Shown: positions 22,313 through 33,621, counted from the first letter of the stretch. The stretch is DNA of 64,000 nt from Bdellovibrionales bacterium (GCA_965261545.1 CBDHDF010000010.1:384001-448000), one strand, 5' to 3'. The notes: a model not told the origin generated them from the letters alone. Numbers and translations: made by a program.

Positions 22313-23065
22313 TCATCGCATTGTTTTGCGGTAAATATCAACAAAGCTCTCCACTTCGAGGCTTGCTCCTCCAACAAGAAAGCCATCTATGTTTTCTTTG
22401 GCCCAAAGATCCCTGGAGTTGGCTGGCTTGACACTCCCCCCATAGAGAATATGTATTTGCTCCGCCACATCAGCCCCTGCAAAAATGTGAACCTGTTTGC
22501 GAAGGAACTGATGGGCCTCTTCAGCCTCCAAAGGAGTGGCAACCTTTCCTGTGCCAATAGCCCACACAGGCTCATAGGCAAGAAGAATTGGCTTTGACCA
22601 GTCGGCATGGCAAGCTCCCTCTTTAAGTTGAGTGGCCAAAATTTCATATGTTTTTCCCTCTTGCCGCTCCTCCAAGCTCTCTCCCAAACACAACACAGGA
22701 GTCATTTCAAGACACTGAATCAACTTCAATTTTGAGCCACATCCCCATTGGTCTCAGCGAATAGTGCTCGCCTTTCGCTGTGGCCCAACAAGCATATACT
22801 CCCTCCCATGGACTGAACCACCCCAGCTGAAGTTTCACCTGTAAAGGCTCCACTTATTTCAAAATACACATTTTGTGCCCCCAAGATACAGAGGTATTTT
22901 TCAAAATCTCAGAGAAGACTCCAAAATGGGTGGCGGAGGAAAAATAAAAAAATGTTTTTGCTCTTCCTCTTCCAATTCATTCAGAAATTCACAGAGAAAC
23001 TTCCTGGCCTCCACAGGATTTTTGTGGAGTTTCCAATTGGCAGCGCACAATACTTCTCGAAACAA
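22313..23065 (-). pseudogene. tpiA: Triosephosphate isomerase with three single-base deletions (pseudogene or assembly error)
   Basis: AANWK, GAFTGE, GHSERR, AYEPVWAIGTG, YGGSV, LVGGASL lie in different frames; adding one base at ~22935, ~22880 and ~22731 gives a 251-aa TPI. Confidence 0.85.
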
Positions 23066-23376
23066 TGATATGTCCCTTCTTAGGGCTTGTAAAAAAAATA
23101 ACTTGAGCTTATTCAATTAGATATTAAAGTAAAATAGTACAATTTTAGTTCAATTTATTTTTTTTCCAAGTCCTTAGCCTTGAAATGAACTTAAAGAAAT
23201 GATAACAAATGGCAATGATAACGAAATAGTAAAATCATCATAGTAAAATCATCTAAGTCAAGCGCCAACCTAGCACACAAAATCCACCCCCACCAAAACG
23301 AAAACCAACAAGATTCTAACATTCTAGCACAAATAGAGAAATATATGAAGCCATTACAGAGTTTAATTCACCCATC

Positions 23377-24129
23377 ATGTACTTATTTACAGATATTGAT
23401 GACACCCTCACTCATCAAAACGGCCTTCTCCCAAAGGAGGCTTTTACAGGACTTTGGGAGCTTGACGAGGCGGGCATTAAGGTGATTCCCGTCACAGGTC
23501 GCCCCGCAGGTTGGTGTGAACTCATTGCCCGCCAATGGCCTGTCCACAGTGTCATTGGAGAAAATGGAGGCTTTTATTTCAGATATGAAAGACAACAGAG
23601 GCAAATGAAAAGACACTTTGCCTTAGATACAAAATCCCGCAAAGGGAACAAGCTCAAACTCCTTGAGATCGAACAAGAAATTCTCCGAGAAGTTCCAAAG
23701 GCCGCCGTCGCCTCCGATCAATTCTCAAGGCTCATGGACCTAGCCATCGACATTTGCGAAGATATCCCCCCATTGCCTGACAAAGAAATTCATAAAATTA
23801 TAGAAATTTTTCACAGACACGGAGCTCAAGCCAAGCTCAGTTCCATCCATGTCAATGGTTGGTTTGGTGACTACAACAAATTGAGTATGTGTCAAATTCT
23901 TTGTGATAAGGAATTTCATCTCCACTTTTCAGAGGCCCTCCATAAAATGGCCTATGTGGGGGATTCGCCTAATGATGAACCTATGTTTAAAGCTTTTACA
24001 CACTCTTTTGGTGTAGCCAATATTCAAAACTTCACCCACAAAATGAAGGCACTACCCGGATATGTCACCCAAAGTGATGGAGGAATGGGATTTATCGAAG
24101 TGGTTCGGCGCCTCTGCAAACTTATCTAA
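23377..24129 (+). CDS. HAD superfamily IIB hydrolase
   Basis: FTDIDDTLT, VTGR, GDSPND motifs. Confidence 0.85.
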   Translation: MYLFTDIDDTLTHQNGLLPKEAFTGLWELDEAGIKVIPVTGRPAGWCELIARQWPVHSVIGENGGFYFRYERQQRQMKRHFALDTKSRKGNKLKLLEIEQEILREVPKAAVASDQFSRLMDLAIDICEDIPPLPDKEIHKIIEIFHRHGAQAKLSSIHVNGWFGDYNKLSMCQILCDKEFHLHFSEALHKMAYVGDSPNDEPMFKAFTHSFGVANIQNFTHKMKALPGYVTQSDGGMGFIEVVRRLCKLI

Positions 24130-24219
24130 AAATGATCTGTGAATTCTTAAGTCACTAAATCATTTTAACTCACAACAAATGACTCTGATTCAAAGGAAAT
24201 ACATCTGATTCACCTAAAA

Positions 24220-24870
24220 CTATAAACTTTCTTTAACCCCATGGTATTGTTTATATAAAATATACCCTCCCCACACAAAGGAGAGAAAAAGAGTAAATGT
24301 TCCCATCCGAACCATAAAATAAGCAATTTCATCGTATTTTTGCAAGTAACCTGTTTCAGACAAGATAAAGTGCCAATCATGAGAGTCAGGGTCATCTTGA
24401 CCTGTGTGTCCCCCTAGAAGAGTCAGCTTCTTATCCCAAGCATCATAAATATAAGGAGCCACATCTAAAAAATTTTGCCCCAACCACCACAAAGCAATAG
24501 AGGACTCAAAATTATCCTTTTGTCTCAAAAATTGAACAACAACCACCAAAGGTACAATACACTGCATAAGACTGCCACCCGCTACCAGTAGCAACTCATA
24601 ACCAAAAATCATAAAGATAAAATGACCCGCCTCATGAAACGCTAAATTCGCACCACCAATGAGAAAAGTTGAAACACCGTAGGGGTTTTCTTCAAAATTA
24701 TTTTGATCCAGAAAGCTCAGGCCCCAGATTACAAATACCACATAAACAACGCACTTCACCTTAAAAGAAGTAGGCTCGATTTTTTTGGCAAAAAACATGT
24801 TATGAAACAAAAGGCAAATCTTATCATATATTTTATGATATATATCGTACACATAGTTTAAATGATTCAC
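24220..24870 (-). CDS. Membrane protein with HExxH motif (putative intramembrane zinc metalloprotease)
   Basis: FHEAGH within a hydrophobic region and a downstream HDW. Confidence 0.6.
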   Translation of the reverse strand: MNHLNYVYDIYHKIYDKICLLFHNMFFAKKIEPTSFKVKCVVYVVFVIWGLSFLDQNNFEENPYGVSTFLIGGANLAFHEAGHFIFMIFGYELLLVAGGSLMQCIVPLVVVVQFLRQKDNFESSIALWWLGQNFLDVAPYIYDAWDKKLTLLGGHTGQDDPDSHDWHFILSETGYLQKYDEIAYFMVRMGTFTLFLSFVWGGYILYKQYHGVKESL

Positions 24871-25745
24871 TGAAATGCTTTTATCCTTTTAAGCTCTTTT
24901 ATCTGATCTTCTTTCAAATTCGCAGGTTTTCCAATAGGCTGGTCCACTTGAAAAACAGCCAAGTCATTGAGGACACTTTCATTAGAGGCAATAAAGCCAC
25001 TAACCTTTCCTACCTTCCCGCCAAAGTTAACAACTTCAATGGTTTGATGAATTCGAAATTTTCTAAGAAGAAATTCTTTTTCTCTATGTCCACGAACCAT
25101 AAATCGATGATTTGTTATAAATGTGCCAAAACCAACAACTTTTCCATCAATCGTGATTGTCGCAAGGGAACCATTGGAGGTTAGAGATTTTTGTACAGAT
25201 GCGGGAAGACGCTCTATCAATCCATGCACCTGTTGATATCCAAGCGAAGATACTCCCTTGTAACCAAGAAATAAAAGACAAGCAAAACCACAAGCAAATA
25301 ATTTAAATCCTCGTGATAAATCATAATAATTACATTCTCCGTATTTATTATCATAATGATGAGAACCCTTAAATAAAAGATAAAGATAAAACAATAAATT
25401 AAATATCGGAACAAAATACAAAAGAACATACCACCCACTATGGCCAAGATCATGGAGTCTCTTCATAGTTAATACACAATAAGCATAAACAGTGAAAAGC
25501 ATGATCCCACTAACAATAAGCTTAGTAATGGCTTCAGAAAAACCAGAAGAGCCAGAAGAGCCAGAAGAGCCAGAAACATATGCTATCAGATGGATCAATA
25601 GAAACATCACTGAAAGAGCAAGAAAATTCAATAGTACAAGAAGAAGAATGGAAGAAAAATATGTTGAACGAGAAATCCTACCTTTGTGATCAAATAAAAG
25701 ACCCTTTATATTTTCAAAAAGTGACAAGTGCGAAGCATAATTCAT
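24867..25745 (-). CDS. DUF805 (YhaH-like) membrane protein with C-terminal extension
   Basis: GRISRSTYF, KRLHDLGHSGW, NKYG motifs. Confidence 0.8.
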   Translation of the reverse strand: MNYASHLSLFENIKGLLFDHKGRISRSTYFSSILLLVLLNFLALSVMFLLIHLIAYVSGSSGSSGSSGFSEAITKLIVSGIMLFTVYAYCVLTMKRLHDLGHSGWYVLLYFVPIFNLLFYLYLLFKGSHHYDNKYGECNYYDLSRGFKLFACGFACLLFLGYKGVSSLGYQQVHGLIERLPASVQKSLTSNGSLATITIDGKVVGFGTFITNHRFMVRGHREKEFLLRKFRIHQTIEVVNFGGKVGKVSGFIASNESVLNDLAVFQVDQPIGKPANLKEDQIKELKRIKAFQ

Positions 25746-26043
25746 ACAAAATCCTCCATAAACTTCAAGTAAGAAATATTTTTATAATTCATTCTACATA
25801 TTAACACATTAATATGTTAATATATGAAATATACCTAATTATTTTTTATCGGCATAAATATTTATGGGGTAAATACTAATATGAATTGATCTGTGATCTA
25901 AATGATTTGCGCCTCCTTGAGGTCGTTTATTTAAAAGTAATACAGTCAATTAATTTTTTTTATATTTATAATATTATGTATAAAGGATGTTGAAAAACGC
26001 ATTGGTATCAATAATTTATGAACCAAATAACCTCACCCATAAA

Positions 26044-26105
26044 AAGTATCTCAAAATGAGATACTTCTTCATTCCCCCTCAACTTTAGGCTGATATTGCC
26101 GATTC
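26044..26105 (+). promoter_or_regulatory. Palindromic operator plus sigma28-like promoter upstream of the S8 protease
   Basis: AAGTATCTCA-AAA-TGAGATACTT at 26044-26066; TCAACTTT-N11-GCCGATTC at 26079-26105 versus consensus TAAAGTTT-N11-GCCGATAA. Confidence 0.45.
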
Positions 26106-26214
26106 CTTTATTAAGAATATATGCATTTAATAATTTGTATGCACTAAGAATAAATATTACATAAGAATATCTCATATTAATAAAAAGAATATAATTTATG
26201 AGCTTTAACTGAAG

Positions 26215-28122
26215 GTGATAATGAGTGACTCTTTCCGATTATTATTCCTATTTATTCTATTTTTTCTTATACCCACATCTTTATTATTATTTATATCTTT
26301 TTTTCTCCCAGGAGAGGCCATTGCCAATGGGCAACAATCCTACGTTGAAGGTGAAGTGATCGTCAAGTTGAAAGACAGGTCTACAGAACAAGAGACCCAC
26401 ACTTTTTTAGGCAAAGCCCAAGCATCTCGGGGAATGAGCCTAAAAGCTTCTTTTCCACAAATGCAAATGTATCATTATGCCCTCAGAAAGGGGCAAACTG
26501 TTGAGCAAATGGTTCAAGATTTAACAGAAGATCCCAATGTCGAATATGCAGAACCTAATTACCTTTTATATAAGGCTAATTTGCCTGCTGGAATCCAAAC
26601 TATGTCTGTGGAAGATATGGAAATTCTTGCTGAAGAAAGGTCCAACTTAGCCACCGATGCCGCTATTAATCCCATTCAACATTCGTCACTAGAGACATTT
26701 GGTGTAACCTCTAGAGACTCAAGCTCTGTACCCAAGCCTCGTGTGGCTATCATTGATACGGGTTTAGACCCTAATCACCCCGTCTTTGTGGACAGTGAAG
26801 CCCTGTGGGTCAACGAAGGCGAAATACCTGACAACAATATAGATGATGATGGCAATGGTTATAAAGATGATATGTATGGGTGGAATTTTGTCGATAATTC
26901 CGGCACCATTTACGATGATGATGGCCATGGAACCCATGTAGCTGGAATCATTCTGGGCGTCACTCAAGATATATTTATAGAACCATTTGAAGAAGCAAAA
27001 ATTGAGATTATGGCTTTAAAATTTTTAAATGCAGATGGTGTGGGAAGCACTTCCGATGCCATCAAAGCAATCCACTACGCCGTGGAAAATGGAGCTCACA
27101 TTCTCAATAACTCTTGGGGGGGAGGCTCCTATAGCACAGCTCTGCACGAAGCTGTCGCTTACACCTATAAAAAAGGGCTTGTCTTCGTCGCAGCGGCTGG
27201 CAATAGTGGCAAAAACAATGACGATGAGCCCACTTATCCCGCAAGCTACGATGTTCCCCATATTATGTCTATTGCGGCAACAACCTCCCAGGATGGACTG
27301 GCCTCCTTTTCTAATTTTGGAACGGGTTCTGTGGATATGGGAAGTCCGGGGGTTCTCATCTTGAGCACAATTCCTGATGAGCGCTATGGGCTTTCTTCAG
27401 GAACAAGCATGGCGGCGCCCTTTGTTTCGGGTGTCGCGGCCTTAGCTCTTCGTAAGTCTCCAGAAATGCTAGGCTACCAGGTGAAATCCATTATTTTTCA
27501 AGCTTCAGATCCGATCAATGCGCTTGTATCTAAGGTCTCCCAGGAAAGCCGGGTGAATGTAGCCAGCGTTGTGAATCTGGCCCAAGACGCTACTGTAGAG
27601 ACAAGTCAACCTCATTACTCCTTTTCAGCCGCAGAAAGGGAGTTGGCCTCAATCCTTGGAAATGCAAGCTGTGGAAGGGTCACTTATTTTCGTAGTCAGG
27701 GGGGAGGCCCCAGTATGCAAAATCCCCACCATGGAGGAAGAGCTTTGGTATTCTTTGGAATCATGCTCATTCCTATTTTAGTGATCTATGGATTGCGTCG
27801 ACGTCAATTTAAAGGTCAAGGGGAAAGAAAGCATGAGCGTCTTCACTTGGAGTCTGAGGTCAAGGTGGCCATAGGTGACAGTCACTTGGTGGGCTCTATC
27901 AGTTCAGCCTCTTTGGGTGGTGTTCAACTCAACACAGAGGCCATGCTCGAACAAGGAGGCATTGTCACCATGAAAATCACAAGCCCCGATGGCAAAGAAC
28001 AAGTGGAAGTGCAAGGTCAAGTGGTCTGGCGTAAAGAAAAAGAGGCCTACGGTGTTCAGTTTGCCCAGCCGCAGAAAGCCGCCTTTGCTTGGATTTCAAG
28101 CTGTAGCCATCAACCTAAATAA
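26215..28122 (+). CDS. Subtilisin-like S8 serine protease with C-terminal TM and PilZ domain
   Basis: Triad IIDTG / HGTHVAG / GTSMAAP; TM ALVFFGIMLIPILVIYGL; PilZ-like RKHER...SASLGG...GQVVW...YGVQF. Confidence 0.88.
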   Translation: MIMSDSFRLLFLFILFFLIPTSLLLFISFFLPGEAIANGQQSYVEGEVIVKLKDRSTEQETHTFLGKAQASRGMSLKASFPQMQMYHYALRKGQTVEQMVQDLTEDPNVEYAEPNYLLYKANLPAGIQTMSVEDMEILAEERSNLATDAAINPIQHSSLETFGVTSRDSSSVPKPRVAIIDTGLDPNHPVFVDSEALWVNEGEIPDNNIDDDGNGYKDDMYGWNFVDNSGTIYDDDGHGTHVAGIILGVTQDIFIEPFEEAKIEIMALKFLNADGVGSTSDAIKAIHYAVENGAHILNNSWGGGSYSTALHEAVAYTYKKGLVFVAAAGNSGKNNDDEPTYPASYDVPHIMSIAATTSQDGLASFSNFGTGSVDMGSPGVLILSTIPDERYGLSSGTSMAAPFVSGVAALALRKSPEMLGYQVKSIIFQASDPINALVSKVSQESRVNVASVVNLAQDATVETSQPHYSFSAAERELASILGNASCGRVTYFRSQGGGPSMQNPHHGGRALVFFGIMLIPILVIYGLRRRQFKGQGERKHERLHLESEVKVAIGDSHLVGSISSASLGGVQLNTEAMLEQGGIVTMKITSPDGKEQVEVQGQVVWRKEKEAYGVQFAQPQKAAFAWISSCSHQPK

Positions 28123-28171
28123 TTAAAATAGATTCAAACTAAATAGTAAATAAATTCAAAAAGGAAAAAGT

Positions 28172-29131
28172 ATGAGATCATACAAATTAATGACAGTTGT
28201 GCGCCCTGTGAAGCCCAAATTCTCACATCCAATCTATACAAACAACGGATTCTCTTTAACCTCAGTGCTTATAGCAGTGACTATGTTGTCTCTGGCTTTG
28301 ATAGCCATAGGTATGATTCACCTTCAGCACCTAGAAAAAAAATCAACTCATCAACAAATGGAGCTGAAAAACATCTCCTTGAAATATAATATGTTACAAA
28401 CTTTAATAACGCCTGAAAACTGCACCTGCGAAATTCAAGGGAAGAGCACAAAAGACATCCATGAATTAAATTTAGAAAAAGCAGGATTTAAAAGCCACTT
28501 AAATCACTTAAAAGCAACAAGCAAGTCAAACATAGTAGAAATCAAGCGAAATATCGCAACAGCCAAGCCAGTTATGGCAGCCATACCTACAAAAAGAGGA
28601 CATAAAAAAAGAAGCAACAAAGTAAATAAGAAATACAAAAGCTACTCTGTACCTACGCCCACGATCACCTCAAGTCTCCCTCCGCAAAAGAGGCCACGGC
28701 CACGAACAATTCAAGTCACATCTACGCCTTGCCAAGCTGTTGGAGAGCTATGGCAAAAGCCATCTACTTTACACGAAGGCAAATATAGACGTCACGGAAG
28801 ATCTGAGCGCCTTTATGTAGATGCCTATGGGTTTGGTCGCAGCTATCCAAATCCACAAACAATTTGTAACTGGTCAACAGTAAGCAAATTATATATGGAT
28901 ATAGGGACAGGTCAGATTTCAAAATACAATCTAGAAACAAATGTTTGGTCCACGCTGAAGTGTCCCCCTGGGTACCATATCTTGCAAGGCAGTTCCAGAA
29001 GACAAAATATTGTTTGCAATACTCCTTCAGAAGATGCCACAAAAGTAAGAAGCACCTACGACGAACCTCCACCTGGAAGACTCTCTGTCAAAACTCCTGG
29101 CTGTACAAAGGTGTGCACCCTTAACCCTTGA
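28172..29131 (+). CDS. Prepilin-like (type IV pilin/pseudopilin N-terminus) protein
   Basis: G|FSLTSVLIAVTMLSLAL class III-like signal (Ser instead of Glu at +5); Cys-rich C-terminus. Confidence 0.55.
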   Translation: MRSYKLMTVVRPVKPKFSHPIYTNNGFSLTSVLIAVTMLSLALIAIGMIHLQHLEKKSTHQQMELKNISLKYNMLQTLITPENCTCEIQGKSTKDIHELNLEKAGFKSHLNHLKATSKSNIVEIKRNIATAKPVMAAIPTKRGHKKRSNKVNKKYKSYSVPTPTITSSLPPQKRPRPRTIQVTSTPCQAVGELWQKPSTLHEGKYRRHGRSERLYVDAYGFGRSYPNPQTICNWSTVSKLYMDIGTGQISKYNLETNVWSTLKCPPGYHILQGSSRRQNIVCNTPSEDATKVRSTYDEPPPGRLSVKTPGCTKVCTLNP

Positions 29132-29229
29132 TTTCACTGCTTGCACAAGGCGGCTCCCCTTTAAAGCAACTTGACCCCACTCCTTCTTTTTGATAGTTAA
29201 GGAGTTACCCTTTAAAAAGGAGCACCATT

Positions 29230-30597
29230 ATGAAAATCCCTAAGCTCTTTGGAACTGATGGCATACGCGGCCCAGCCAACCTCCACCCCATGACAGCAGA
29301 CTTGGCACAAAAAGTGGGCCAGGCCATGGGCTATATTCTACGCAACTCCTCAGAGGGCAGAAGAAACCTTCCCATGGTCCTTATAGGCAAGGACACAAGA
29401 GTCTCTGGCTATATGGTGGAGCAGGCCCTTGCCAGTGGCTTCAACTCCATGGGTATCGAAGTCAATGTCACAGGACCTCTCCCCACCCCTGGCATTGGCT
29501 TCTTAGCCCAAAATATGAGAGCTTCAGGGGGCATTGTCATCTCTGCCTCCCACAATCCTTTCTACGATAACGGCATTAAAATTTTTGGTGCCGATGGCTT
29601 TAAAATTCCCGATACCATGGAAAGAGAAATTGAACGACTTATTCACGTAGGAAAACTCAATGACCTGCTCGTAGAGCCCGATAAAATTGGGAGAACTCGC
29701 CGCATTGATGATGCTGCGGGCAGATACATTGTCTACGCTAAAAATGCCTTTCCCCTAAATATGAGCTTAGACGGAGTTAGAATTGTGCTCGATTGCGCCC
29801 ACGGAGCGGGCTACAAAGTCGCTCCCAGTATTTTTGAAGAACTAGGAGCTGAAGTCATTGTCATGGGCAATCAACCCAATGGATACAACATCAACAAAAA
29901 ATCAGGGGCTCTTTTTCCAGATAAAGCCTGTGAAGCTGTACAAAAGTATCGCGCCGATGTGGGTATTTCCCTAGACGGCGATGCCGACAGAGTGATTATG
30001 GTGGATGAAAAGGGGCGCATTGTGAACGGAGACCATATTCTCGCCATCTGCGCTATTCATATGTCTCGTCAAAAAAAATTACCCAAAAACACGATTGTAA
30101 CCACTCAAATGAGCAACTTGGGTTTGGTGAAGGCTCTCAAAGAACATAAAATTTCAGTGGTTCGCACCAGTGTCGGCGACAAAAATGTGGTTGAAGAAAT
30201 GAGAGAGTCTGGCTATACACTTGGGGGTGAACCCTCGGGGCATATTATTTGCCTCAACCACAGCACCACTGGAGATGGGTGTATTGCCGCCCTCAACGTA
30301 CTGGCCGTGATGAAGGAAAAGGGCAGGAAACTAAGTGAGCTTAAGGACTTAATGATAGATATTCCACAGACACTGACAAATGTGCGAGTGAATCATAAAG
30401 AGGACCTACACCATGTCCCTGGCTACAATGATCTCATTGCAAACATTCATAAGAAATTAAATGGCGAAGGTAGAATTTTTGTGCGCTTCTCTGGAACAGA
30501 GCCCGTCATCAGAATTCTTGTGGAAGGCCCCAACCGAAGGTCTATCGAAGCCTATGGAAATGAGGTTGCCCAGTTTTTACAATCAAAATTGATATAA
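29230..30597 (+). CDS. glmM: Phosphoglucosamine mutase
   Basis: FGTDGIRG, ISASHNP, DGDADR, GGEPSGH, RFSGTEP. Confidence 0.96.
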   Translation: MKIPKLFGTDGIRGPANLHPMTADLAQKVGQAMGYILRNSSEGRRNLPMVLIGKDTRVSGYMVEQALASGFNSMGIEVNVTGPLPTPGIGFLAQNMRASGGIVISASHNPFYDNGIKIFGADGFKIPDTMEREIERLIHVGKLNDLLVEPDKIGRTRRIDDAAGRYIVYAKNAFPLNMSLDGVRIVLDCAHGAGYKVAPSIFEELGAEVIVMGNQPNGYNINKKSGALFPDKACEAVQKYRADVGISLDGDADRVIMVDEKGRIVNGDHILAICAIHMSRQKKLPKNTIVTTQMSNLGLVKALKEHKISVVRTSVGDKNVVEEMRESGYTLGGEPSGHIICLNHSTTGDGCIAALNVLAVMKEKGRKLSELKDLMIDIPQTLTNVRVNHKEDLHHVPGYNDLIANIHKKLNGEGRIFVRFSGTEPVIRILVEGPNRRSIEAYGNEVAQFLQSKLI

Positions 30598-32311
30598 AAA
30601 AAGGTAACTAGTTTCTGTCCAGAAAGGCCCATTTTTTGTTCTCTGACACTCCCCATTGAGCCTCCCAATGCCTCAATGGGGGAGTGAGAGTTGGAGATTT
30701 GCCACACAAACTCTACAGATTAAGGGGAAAAAGGTCTTTAAGCGACTTGCGCCCTAGTTTTTTCGATTTGAAGACGCACCCCTACCTTTGGAAGATTTTA
30801 GCACCTTCGACCTGGTCCATTGCTGTTATTCCTAATGGATAAATTTAGGTGACAGTTGATAATTCATGTCTTGCCAAGACAACAAAATTATAGGCACAAA
30901 CGGCATTCTTTACATACCTCTTAAAACCATCATGCCCTTTCCAGTAAGCAACTCTCATACCAAAACATCTCTTAAGGAATGAAATAACAGCCTCTATTCC
31001 GGCTCTCCAATTGAGAAGATTTTTAAAGACCCAAGCACTTTTAACCATCTTTAATATTTTCATTCCTTTTTTTTCTGGGAAGCAAACATCTTTAGCCCCC
31101 ATCTCTTTGGCCTCTTCAAGATTTTCTTTTGAAGCAAACCCACCATCTGCACTTACTTTTACAGGGCAAGCCCCATAGGTTTGTGTCACTGAATTCATAA
31201 CTTTTAAAAACATATCAGAGTCTGCGGGGTTGCCATCAGGGATCTGACAATCTAAAATCATGTTGCTTTGCCCTGAGGTCAGAAAGATTTTATGCCCAAA
31301 CTCGACTTCTCTTTGCCCCTTTACAATAATGTCTGTATGCGGTTCAAAGATGGATAGGACCTTTTTTTCAGAAGATACTTTTTTCCCCTCAATAACTCTT
31401 TTTTGAGTTTGAAAGATGATTTTTTCCAGGTAGAAGGCAACATTTTCTAACTGTTTTAGACTCTTTTTCAAAGCATTCATCTTCACACATTTTTGTTCTT
31501 TTTTTATCTTTCTGATGGTATCAGGTAATCCTTTGTTCAATTTGGTAGCGATTTTTAAAAGCTCCTTATAGCAAGGTAGTCTTTCCGCATCATTTTTGGA
31601 ATTATTAATTTTGTAAAGCAAGGTTTTTGCTCTCTTAAGATCTTCTCTTGAAATAAGTCGCCAAAAATCTTTCATGACATTTTTACGAACTTTTTTAAAT
31701 TCTCTTTCTGTAACTCTTATGCAGTCATATAAAAGCGATGCATCCGTTGGATGATGAATATTTGATTTCGTCACTGTACTGTCCAATCTCATTTTCTTAC
31801 ACGGCTCAATCTTTTGATCTCTTGCATCTGAAACTAAAGAGGCGCTAATAATTCCCCAAGTTTCTTCACTTATTTGAACAATCAAGTCCTGTAAGGTGGA
31901 GTGAGCGTAATTTTCTTCCAATTCAAGGCCCAGAAAAGCTCTGGTGGATACTGAATCGACAAGATTAAAGGCTAACGCACGATAGGAAAGACCTCTTATG
32001 GATTTAAGAATAGCCACCTTGAGAACTTGCTCCGATGTCATACCAATATCACCAGAATCTTTCTTTTCTTTAACAAGGTCTTCATGAACCATATGGGCAA
32101 ACTCTGGATGGCGATCAATGATGTTATTAATTTGGGTATATCCGAGTTTCTCAACAGAAAATGGGCCTAATTTCGACGTTGCAGAATTACCGCATTAAAA
32201 ACCAAGAAAATAATTCAATTTCCATGATTTATCCCCCTCATTACTTTACCCATAACAAAACCATGGTTTAATCTCTTAATTTACTTATTGGAAAATAATA
32301 CAGGAGATGCC

Positions 32312-33553
32312 ATGGTCTTGAATAAGTTTATTATAAAGATGTTGAAATTATCATTCTTAAAAGTGACTTGGGTTAAATTTAAAAATCGAAATCAAGAACT
32401 TCACTTAGGGGTTAAACCCCATAAGAATGGCTGCCGCTGTCCTCATTGTGGACGCCGCTGTAAGATACTTAGATGCTTAGAAGAAAGAGTGTGGCGAGAT
32501 ATCGTCGTGTGCGGTACCCCCATTTATTTCCATTATTCTCCGAAGGAAGTTCTGTGTCCCACTCATGGTCGTATTATGGAGAGAATTCCTTGGGCCGACC
32601 ACTTCAGTCGAGTCACCTATCGTCTGGAACTAACAATTCTGACCCTGACCAAGCAGATGACCCAAAAAGCCGTTTCAGAGCTTGTCAAGATACCCACATC
32701 CACCTTATCTGATCTTATTCATCGAATCATCCACAGGGAACGAGATGGTCACAAAATTCGTGGTTTGGAGGTCATTGGAGTCGATGAAATTTCTTATGCT
32801 AAGGGAAGGAAGTTTATTACCTTGATTTACGACATGAAGAAAGGCTGTGTCGTTTGGATTGGAAAAGGTAAGGGTAAGGAGACAATAGACTCCTTTTTTA
32901 CAAAGGAACTCAGCCAATATCAGCGAGACAAAATTAGAGTGGCTTGTTGTGATATGGCTCAAGGCTACATCTCCTCTATCAAGGAGCATTGTAAGAATGC
33001 TACTCTCGTTTTGGACAAATTTCACATTATTCAATCCCTCAACAGGGCTGTGGATGAGGTGAGAAAAGAAATTTGGAGAGATGCCTGCAAGAAGGACAGA
33101 AAGGCTATTAAGGGAACTCGCTGGTTGATAGCCTACAGTTCATCCTCTCGTAGTAAGGCCCAAACTCGTAAAATTAACCTCATGGAGAAATCTAACAATA
33201 AAATATTCAGAGCATGGCTGCTTAAAGATAATTTTGAGCATTTCTGGGATTATGTGAGTCCAGGTCATGCTGCGAATTTTCTGAATGCCTGGATCACTCG
33301 TGCCTTAAGATCACGCATTGATTCTATGAAAAAGTTTGCCTTGATGCTCAGGAAGCACCAAGAAAATATTCTTTCCTTCATTAAAGATCCTGTCACAAAT
33401 GCCAAGGCTGAGGGAATCAATCGCCTTCTAAAGATCATAAAAAATCGGGCTTCAGGATTTAAGAACCTACAGGGTTTTGAGAATATGATTTACTTGTGTG
33501 CTGGGGATTTGGATATTGTTGGAAGTTTCCCCAAGCGTTTTTGTACATTATAG
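32312..33553 (+). CDS. ISL3 transposase, apparently intact
   Basis: CPHC zinc finger, IGVDE, CDM, DKFH, TNAKAEGIN; AGGAG RBS before ATG 32312. Confidence 0.92.
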   Translation: MVLNKFIIKMLKLSFLKVTWVKFKNRNQELHLGVKPHKNGCRCPHCGRRCKILRCLEERVWRDIVVCGTPIYFHYSPKEVLCPTHGRIMERIPWADHFSRVTYRLELTILTLTKQMTQKAVSELVKIPTSTLSDLIHRIIHRERDGHKIRGLEVIGVDEISYAKGRKFITLIYDMKKGCVVWIGKGKGKETIDSFFTKELSQYQRDKIRVACCDMAQGYISSIKEHCKNATLVLDKFHIIQSLNRAVDEVRKEIWRDACKKDRKAIKGTRWLIAYSSSSRSKAQTRKINLMEKSNNKIFRAWLLKDNFEHFWDYVSPGHAANFLNAWITRALRSRIDSMKKFALMLRKHQENILSFIKDPVTNAKAEGINRLLKIIKNRASGFKNLQGFENMIYLCAGDLDIVGSFPKRFCTL

Positions 33554-33621
33554 TTTTTATTGTCGATCAACATTTCTTTTTCCAATTCACCTCCCCATAC
33601 TAACTCCGCCAAGATGAGTCA

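Noticed and set aside
30597..30611. attTn7-type insertion
   Set aside because: The gene is glmM, not glmS, and there are no tnsABCD genes
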